Program-made: the position numbers and the translations under genes | The notes under the pieces: generated by a model | Databases searched by the model: none | What the model saw: only the letters and a program-made list of their open reading frames with translations | What the model was told of the DNA's origin: nothing | Assembly: GCA_045863235.1 (NCBI GenBank) | Contig: BTUM01000136.1 | Coordinates: 1-12,610, forward strand | Source of the DNA: Candidatus Xenobia bacterium | GTDB taxonomy: Bacteria; Vulcanimicrobiota; Xenobia; Xenobiales; QWHO01 | Direction: 5' to 3' | DNA: 12,610 bases | Shown: positions 7,802-12,610 of the stretch, piece by piece | How the letters are laid out: every line of letters begins with the position of its first letter | Position numbering within the stretch: position 1 is the first letter of the stretch

Positions 7802-7833
7802 CGAGCCCCGGGGGAGGAGAGGCTCGTTTTTTT
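7802..7833 (+). terminator. Putative Rho-independent terminator after udk
   Basis: CGAGCC (7802-7807) / GGCTCG (7821-7826) followed by T7 (7827-7833). The loop is long (13 nt). Confidence 0.55.
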
Positions 7834-7934
7834 GGCCTGGAAGCAAGCCCTTTCAGGTCTCGAACGAGCCGGCCAGTTGTCGTGTCCCAGGCCACGGCAC
7901 TGTGCAGATCAGTGGTTTACGGAGTGATGGCCGC

Positions 7935-9668
7935 ATGATCGCCAGGTCCAAAGAAGACATTGGGAAGATCCTGATCGATGAAGGAATTATCACCGCTCGG
8001 CAACTAGACCGAGCCTACCAGCAGGCCGAGAAGTCGGGCGAGCCCGTCCAGAAGATTCTGGTCGCGATGGGTTACGTCAACGAGAAGGAGTTGACGGAGA
8101 CCATGGGGCGTCAGATGGGCGTCCCGTTCGTCGATCTCGATCAGCTCGACCTCGACCAGCAGTTGGCCCGGTCGATACCCGAGCACTTGGCTCAACGTTA
8201 CAAGGTCATTCCTGTGGCCCAGAACGACAACCGTCTGACCCTCGCGATGGTTGACCCTCTGAACGTGATTGCCATCGACGACATCCGCTTGATTACGGGC
8301 TTTGACATCGATCCCGTCATCTCGACCGAGGATTCCATCATGAAGGCCATCGGCCGCCAGTTTGGCGTCACCGACCTGGTCGAGGTGGAGGAGACCGTCA
8401 AAGACCTGTCGGCTCAGGACTTCGGTCCGCTCGAGGTCGAGGATGCGATGGATGAAGAAATCGCGCTCGACAAGCTCAAAGAGTTGGTGGATGAAGCGCC
8501 CATCGTTCGGGTGGTGAACCTGATCATCTCGCAGGCCATCAACGACAAAGCCTCCGACATTCATATCGAGCCAGAAGCCAAGTCGGTGCGAGTCCGCTAT
8601 CGCGTTGACGGCGTGCTGCACGACGTGATGAGTCCGCCCAAGCACATCCAGGCTCCCATGGTCAGCCGTATCAAAATTATGGCCAACATGGACATCGCCG
8701 AGCGACGCGTGCCTCAAGACGGAAAGATCCACCTTCATCATGACAGTCGCGAGTTCGACTTGCGCGTGTCCACCGTGCCTACGGTGCACGGCGAGAAGGT
8801 GGTTATGCGTATTCTCGACAAGGGCTCCGTGATGCTGGGCTTGAACAAGCTCGGCTTTTATGAGGACAACCTCAAGCTGTGGGAAGAGATCGTCGAGAAG
8901 CCCTATGGAATGTTGCTCGTTACCGGTCCTACCGGCTCGGGTAAATCCACCACGCTGTATTCGTGCCTGAACAAGCTCAACAGCGGTGAGAAAAACCTGA
9001 TGACCATCGAAGACCCGGTGGAATATCAGATTCCCGGCATCAACCAGGTCCAGGCCAACGAGAAGGCCGGCTTGACCTTCGCCTTCGCCCTGCGAGCCTT
9101 CTTGCGTCAAGACCCGGACATCATCATGGTCGGTGAGATTCGTGACGGCGAAACCGCCAAGATCGCCGTCGAAGCCGCTCTGACCGGCCACTTGGTGCTT
9201 TCCACTCTGCACACCAACGACGCCCCCGGCGCAATCTCCCGTCTCGTAGAGATGGGGGTTGAGCCCTTCCTGGTGGCCTCGGCTCTTATCGGGGTGCTGG
9301 CCCAGCGACTGGCTCGTATGATCTGCCCGAACTGCAAGGAAACCTTTACGCCCCCGGCCGAGGCGACCCGAAAGTTCGGATTGGGCATGTTCTCGGACAA
9401 CGACATTTCATTCTACCGGGGTCGTGGTTGCGACCACTGCAAGATGACCGGCTATCGCGGCCGAACCGGCATTCACGAGGTGCTGATGATCTCCGACCGC
9501 GTCCGAGGCCTGATCTTGCAGCGGGCCTCCACGGCCGAGATTCGCCAGGCCGCCATCGAAGGCGGTATGAAGACGATGCAAGACGATGGCTTACGCAAGG
9601 TGCTCGACGGTGTCACCACCGTGGAAGAGTGTCTGCGCGTGGTCTACGTTGAAGCGGTCGAGTTCTAG
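7935..9668 (+). CDS. pilB: Type IV pilus extension ATPase PilB (GspE/PulE family)
   Basis: N-terminal MshEN-like/N1 domain, ASDIHIEP, MDIAERRVPQDG, Walker A GPTGSGKST, TIEDPVEY, LRQDPDIIMVGEIRD, TGHLVLSTLHTN, CPNC...CDHC Zn motif. Start placed at ATG 7935 (SD GGAGTGA 7921-7927) rather than 7755; 577 aa. Confidence 0.95.
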   Translation: MIARSKEDIGKILIDEGIITARQLDRAYQQAEKSGEPVQKILVAMGYVNEKELTETMGRQMGVPFVDLDQLDLDQQLARSIPEHLAQRYKVIPVAQNDNRLTLAMVDPLNVIAIDDIRLITGFDIDPVISTEDSIMKAIGRQFGVTDLVEVEETVKDLSAQDFGPLEVEDAMDEEIALDKLKELVDEAPIVRVVNLIISQAINDKASDIHIEPEAKSVRVRYRVDGVLHDVMSPPKHIQAPMVSRIKIMANMDIAERRVPQDGKIHLHHDSREFDLRVSTVPTVHGEKVVMRILDKGSVMLGLNKLGFYEDNLKLWEEIVEKPYGMLLVTGPTGSGKSTTLYSCLNKLNSGEKNLMTIEDPVEYQIPGINQVQANEKAGLTFAFALRAFLRQDPDIIMVGEIRDGETAKIAVEAALTGHLVLSTLHTNDAPGAISRLVEMGVEPFLVASALIGVLAQRLARMICPNCKETFTPPAEATRKFGLGMFSDNDISFYRGRGCDHCKMTGYRGRTGIHEVLMISDRVRGLILQRASTAEIRQAAIEGGMKTMQDDGLRKVLDGVTTVEECLRVVYVEAVEF

Positions 9669-9722
9669 AAGGAAAGGATAGTGTCAAGGATCTTCGGATC
9701 GACGACCCGGGAATAATCGAGC

Positions 9723-10811
9723 ATGGCTGTTGAGGCACTTCGTTTTACGATGGATGACCTGCTCCGCACGACGGTGGAGCGGGGAGCGTCGGATCTGCAT
9801 TTGACCGTGGGCTTGCCCCCGGTGCTGCGAATCAATGGGAAGCTCGTTCCCACTGAGTTTCCACGCCTATCGCCAGACGAGACGAAGCGCCTGGTCTACA
9901 GTATCTTGAACGACAAGCAGAAGGAGAAGTTCGAGAAAACCTGGGAGCTTGACTGCTCTCACGGGGTTCGCGGCTTCGGAAGGTTCCGCGTCAACGTCTA
10001 CCGCCAGCGCGGCGTGGTCGGTGCCTGTCTGCGCGCGATTTCTTCAACTATCGCCACTCGCGAGGAGTTGCACCTTCCCCAGTGCGTGGAGGAGGTGGTC
10101 AACCGTCCCCACGGGCTGATTCTGGTTACGGGCGCCACGGGGGCCGGCAAGTCCACCACCCTGGCGTGCATGCTTGACATCATCAACACCCAGCAGACCT
10201 ATCACATCCTCACCGTGGAAGACCCGATCGAGTACATTCATCCCCACAAGAAGTCCATGATCAATCAGCGCGAGCTCGGCCAGGACACGCTGAGCTGGTC
10301 GCACGCGTTGCGAGGCGCCCTGCGCGAAGATCCTGACGTGATTCTGGTGGGTGAGATGCGCGATCAGGAGACGATTGGGGGTACTCTGACCGCGGCCGAG
10401 ACAGGCCACCTGGTGTTTTCGACTTTGCACACGTCCGATGCGGCCCAGACCGTGGACCGCGTGGTCGACGTTTTCCCGCCACATCACCAGCAGCAGATCC
10501 GCGTCCAGCTGGCCAGCGTCCTGGAAGCGGTCTTCTCCCAGCAGTTGATTCCTCATGCTTCCGGTGTGGGCCGGGTTCCCGCAGTCGAGGTGATGATCGC
10601 CAACTCGGCGATGCGTAACCTCATTCGCGAGGGCAAGACCCACCAGATCTACAACGCGATTCAGACCGGCGCTAAGGTCGGGATGGCCACGATGGAGCAA
10701 TCGCTTTACGAACTCTGCTGTGCCAAGATGATTACACCAGAGGAAGCGCTGAACCATACGATGCATCCCGAGGACCTGCGCAGGATGATCGAGGGTGGAC
10801 GGAAAAAGTAA
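9723..10811 (+). CDS. pilT: Type IV pilus retraction ATPase PilT
   Basis: ASDLHLTVGLPP, RFRVNVYRQRG, GATGAGKSTT, EDPIEY, ALREDPDVILVGEMRD, AAETGHLVFSTLHT, AMRNLIRE (AIRNLIRE motif). Confidence 0.96.
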   Translation: MAVEALRFTMDDLLRTTVERGASDLHLTVGLPPVLRINGKLVPTEFPRLSPDETKRLVYSILNDKQKEKFEKTWELDCSHGVRGFGRFRVNVYRQRGVVGACLRAISSTIATREELHLPQCVEEVVNRPHGLILVTGATGAGKSTTLACMLDIINTQQTYHILTVEDPIEYIHPHKKSMINQRELGQDTLSWSHALRGALREDPDVILVGEMRDQETIGGTLTAAETGHLVFSTLHTSDAAQTVDRVVDVFPPHHQQQIRVQLASVLEAVFSQQLIPHASGVGRVPAVEVMIANSAMRNLIREGKTHQIYNAIQTGAKVGMATMEQSLYELCCAKMITPEEALNHTMHPEDLRRMIEGGRKK

Positions 10812-10880
10812 CCGGGTGAAACTGCCCCCCTCTGGGGGTTGTATGAGTATGAGGATATCAAGGCAGGAGGTGAGATTCAC

Positions 10881-10946
10881 GTGAGTGTTTTGTGGTGGTT
10901 GGTGCCGCTGGCGGCGATGGTCGTTGGAGAACTGACTAAGATCTAG
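10881..10946 (+). CDS. Putative 21-aa hydrophobic small protein (MSVLWWLVPLAAMVVGELTKI)
   Basis: SD AGGAGGTGA (10865-10873), exactly complementary to 9 nt of this window's own 16S 3' end, 7 nt before GTG; TAG at 10944-10946. Below the ORF-track size cut-off. No homology evidence. Confidence 0.55.
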   Translation: MSVLWWLVPLAAMVVGELTKI

Positions 10947-11001
10947 AACCGGCGGTGTCTTTCGGGGCATCAGCACGGAGTTAATTGGAGGTTGGGGTCG
11001 G

Positions 11002-12228
11002 ATGCCTGTATTCGTCTACGAGGCCCGTGATGCAACCGGCCAACTGAAGAAGGATACTATCGAGGCGCAGAACGTTCGGCTGGCGACTCAGCGACTGCAA
11101 GAGCAGCGCATGACCGTCATCCACATCAAAGAGAAAACCTCGAACGTCGCGCAGACAGACCTTCTGGGCTGGTATCAAAAGATCCGTAAGGTCAACGAGC
11201 AGGCGTTGACCGTGTTCAGTCGCCAGTTTGCCACCATGATCAACGCGGGCTTGGCAATGGTGCGGTGTCTGGACATCTTGTCCGAGCAGACCGAGGACAA
11301 GAAGCTGCAGCAGACCCTGGTTCAGGTACGCCGCGATGTCGAGGGTGGCTCGACTCTGTCGAACGCCCTCGGGAAGCATCCCACGGTGTTTTCCACGCTG
11401 TACATCAGCATGGTGAAGGCCGGCGAGATGGGCGGTGTGCTCGACGAGGTGCTGGAGCGCTTGGCCGGCTTCATGGAGAAAGACTTTGGCCTGAAGAAGA
11501 AGGTCAAGTCTGCGCTCACATACCCGGTGGTCATCCTGGTGATGGCCCTCGGCATCGTGTTCTTCCTGGTCACGTACATCCTCCCAACCTTCGTGCAGTT
11601 GTTTGAAGGGATGAGCCTTCAGTTGCCTCTTCCCACCCGGATCCTGATCACGATCACGAAAGGGGCCAGAAACCCCATCGTGTTGACGGTCGTGGGCGTG
11701 TTGGTGGTGGTCGGAAGCATCTTGCTCAATCGCTACATTCAGACGCCCGTTGGGAAGAAACAGTACGACCTGCTGAAGCTGAATATTCCTGTATTTGGGC
11801 TTCTGAACAAGAAGGTCGCTATCTCGCGGTTCTGTCGCACCCTGGGTACCCTGCTCTCTTCCGGTGTTCCGATTATGCAGGCGCTGGAGATCGTGGGTAA
11901 GGCCTCGGGCAACGAGATCATCGCCATGACGGTCTCGAAGGTTCGCGAGAGTATCCGCGAAGGCGAAAGCATCGCTTCGCCTCTCGGTGCGAGCGGCATG
12001 TTCCCGCCGATGGTGACCCAGATGGTCGCTGTCGGTGAGGAAACCGGTAACCTTGACGCAATGTTGTCCAAGATCTCAGACTTCTATGACACGGAAGTCG
12101 AGTATCTACTGGCATCCTTGACGTCAATGCTGGAGCCTATCATGATTGTTGGTATGGGTGGTATCGTAGGATTCATCGTTATCTCGGTGTTCCTGCCACT
12201 CTATCAGCTGATCGGCAACCTCGGCTAA
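11002..12228 (+). CDS. pilC: Type IV pilus inner-membrane platform protein PilC (GspF family)
   Basis: FSRQFATMINAGL, AGEMGGVLDEVLERLA, KVKSALTYP, RFCRTLGTLLSSGVPI, VGEETGNLDAML, LEPIMIV. SD GGAGGT 10987-10992. Confidence 0.96.
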   Translation: MPVFVYEARDATGQLKKDTIEAQNVRLATQRLQEQRMTVIHIKEKTSNVAQTDLLGWYQKIRKVNEQALTVFSRQFATMINAGLAMVRCLDILSEQTEDKKLQQTLVQVRRDVEGGSTLSNALGKHPTVFSTLYISMVKAGEMGGVLDEVLERLAGFMEKDFGLKKKVKSALTYPVVILVMALGIVFFLVTYILPTFVQLFEGMSLQLPLPTRILITITKGARNPIVLTVVGVLVVVGSILLNRYIQTPVGKKQYDLLKLNIPVFGLLNKKVAISRFCRTLGTLLSSGVPIMQALEIVGKASGNEIIAMTVSKVRESIREGESIASPLGASGMFPPMVTQMVAVGEETGNLDAMLSKISDFYDTEVEYLLASLTSMLEPIMIVGMGGIVGFIVISVFLPLYQLIGNLG

Positions 12229-12252
12229 GGTCGTCGGTTTCACCCGGAGGTT

Positions 12253-12286
12253 GAAGATGGGGAGCAGGATGCTCCCCATTTTTCTT
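12253..12286 (+). terminator. Rho-independent terminator of the pil operon
   Basis: Perfect 10-bp inverted repeat ATGGGGAGCA (12257-12266), GGA loop, TGCTCCCCAT (12270-12279), followed by TTTTCTT. Confidence 0.85.
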
Positions 12287-12313
12287 GCCGGACCTGGTTT
12301 GTTCGGGTAGAAT
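12285..12313 (+). promoter_or_regulatory. Sigma70-type promoter of the sigma factor gene
   Basis: TTGCCG (12285-12290), 17 nt spacer, TAGAAT (12308-12313). SD GAGGAGG starts at 12318. Confidence 0.75.
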
Positions 12314-12331
12314 CTACGAGGAGGGAGTCCG

Positions 12332-12610
12332 TTGCTCAAGAACCGCACAGATGAGCTTGACCCGGCCGTTGAGCTTGAACAGTTTCGCGCCCTGCGCGCG
12401 AGTCCAACTCCAGAGCTCCGCGAGGGCCTGGTCATGCGTTATGTTCATCTGGTGCCGTCGGTGGTTCGCAAGTTCCGTCAGGCGGGCGATCATGAGGACC
12501 TGATGCAGGTTGGTTATCTGGGCCTGCTCAAGGCGGTCAACAACTTCGACCCCGAGCGGGGGAATCGGTTCTCGACCTACGCCATTCACTGCATCGGAGG
12601 CGAGTTGAGA
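12332..12610 (+). CDS. RNA polymerase sigma factor, sigma70 group 3 (SigB/SigF/SigG-like), 5' partial
   Basis: Hand translation from TTG 12332: MLKNRTDELDPAVELEQFRALRASPTPELREGLVMRYVHLVPSVVRKFRQAGDHEDLMQVGYLGLLKAVNNFDPERGNRFSTYAIHCIGGELR, a clear sigma70 region 2. Runs off the window and is absent from the ORF track. Confidence 0.92.
   Translation, partial: MLKNRTDELDPAVELEQFRALRASPTPELREGLVMRYVHLVPSVVRKFRQAGDHEDLMQVGYLGLLKAVNNFDPERGNRFSTYAIHCIGGELR

Noticed and set aside
7834..7882. c-di-GMP-I riboswitch upstream of pilB (GCAAGCC...GGTCT...GCCAGTTG resembles its 3' half)
   Set aside because: No GNRA-capped P2 stem or 5' GGYAAA-like element visible; an Rfam cmscan would settle it.
7755..7934. 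60-aa N-terminal extension of PilB, and the 66-aa ORF 7727..7927
   Set aside because: Both cross the terminator-like hairpin and T7 tract and look non-protein-like; ATG 7935 has an SD and starts at the N-terminal domain.
12297..12310. SigB-type autoregulatory promoter (GTTT...GGGTAG)
   Set aside because: Only 4 nt separate the elements, far shorter than a SigB promoter spacer; the sigma70-type reading fits with 17 nt.

Overview
GC-rich bacterial chromosomal window with all genes on the + strand. It opens with the last ~30 nt of a 16S rRNA gene, followed by an intrinsic terminator rather than tRNA/23S, so the 16S gene appears unlinked. Next is a bacterial microcompartment (BMC) locus with the signature enzymes of the sugar-phosphate-utilisation (SPU) type: one BMC-H, a flavoprotein-like protein with an encapsulation-peptide-like N-terminus, three BMC-P, an acylating aldehyde dehydrogenase, RpiB and an N-terminally extended DeoC. 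It runs with no gap, via a probable CTG start overlapping the deoC stop, into recO-ruvX-mltG-udk and a terminator. A type IV pilus motor cluster pilB-pilT-pilC follows, with an unannotated 21-aa hydrophobic small ORF behind a perfect Shine-Dalgarno (SD) between pilT and pilC. The window ends with a terminator, a clear sigma70-type promoter and the 5' part of a SigB/SigF-like sigma factor gene. Leading candidates for novelty are the BMC-to-udk operon next to the pilus motor (possible DNA/nucleoside scavenging), the pilT-pilC small protein, the Cys-rich DeoC extension and the Cys-to-Asp RpiB active site. All calls come from motif recognition by eye; no searches were run.
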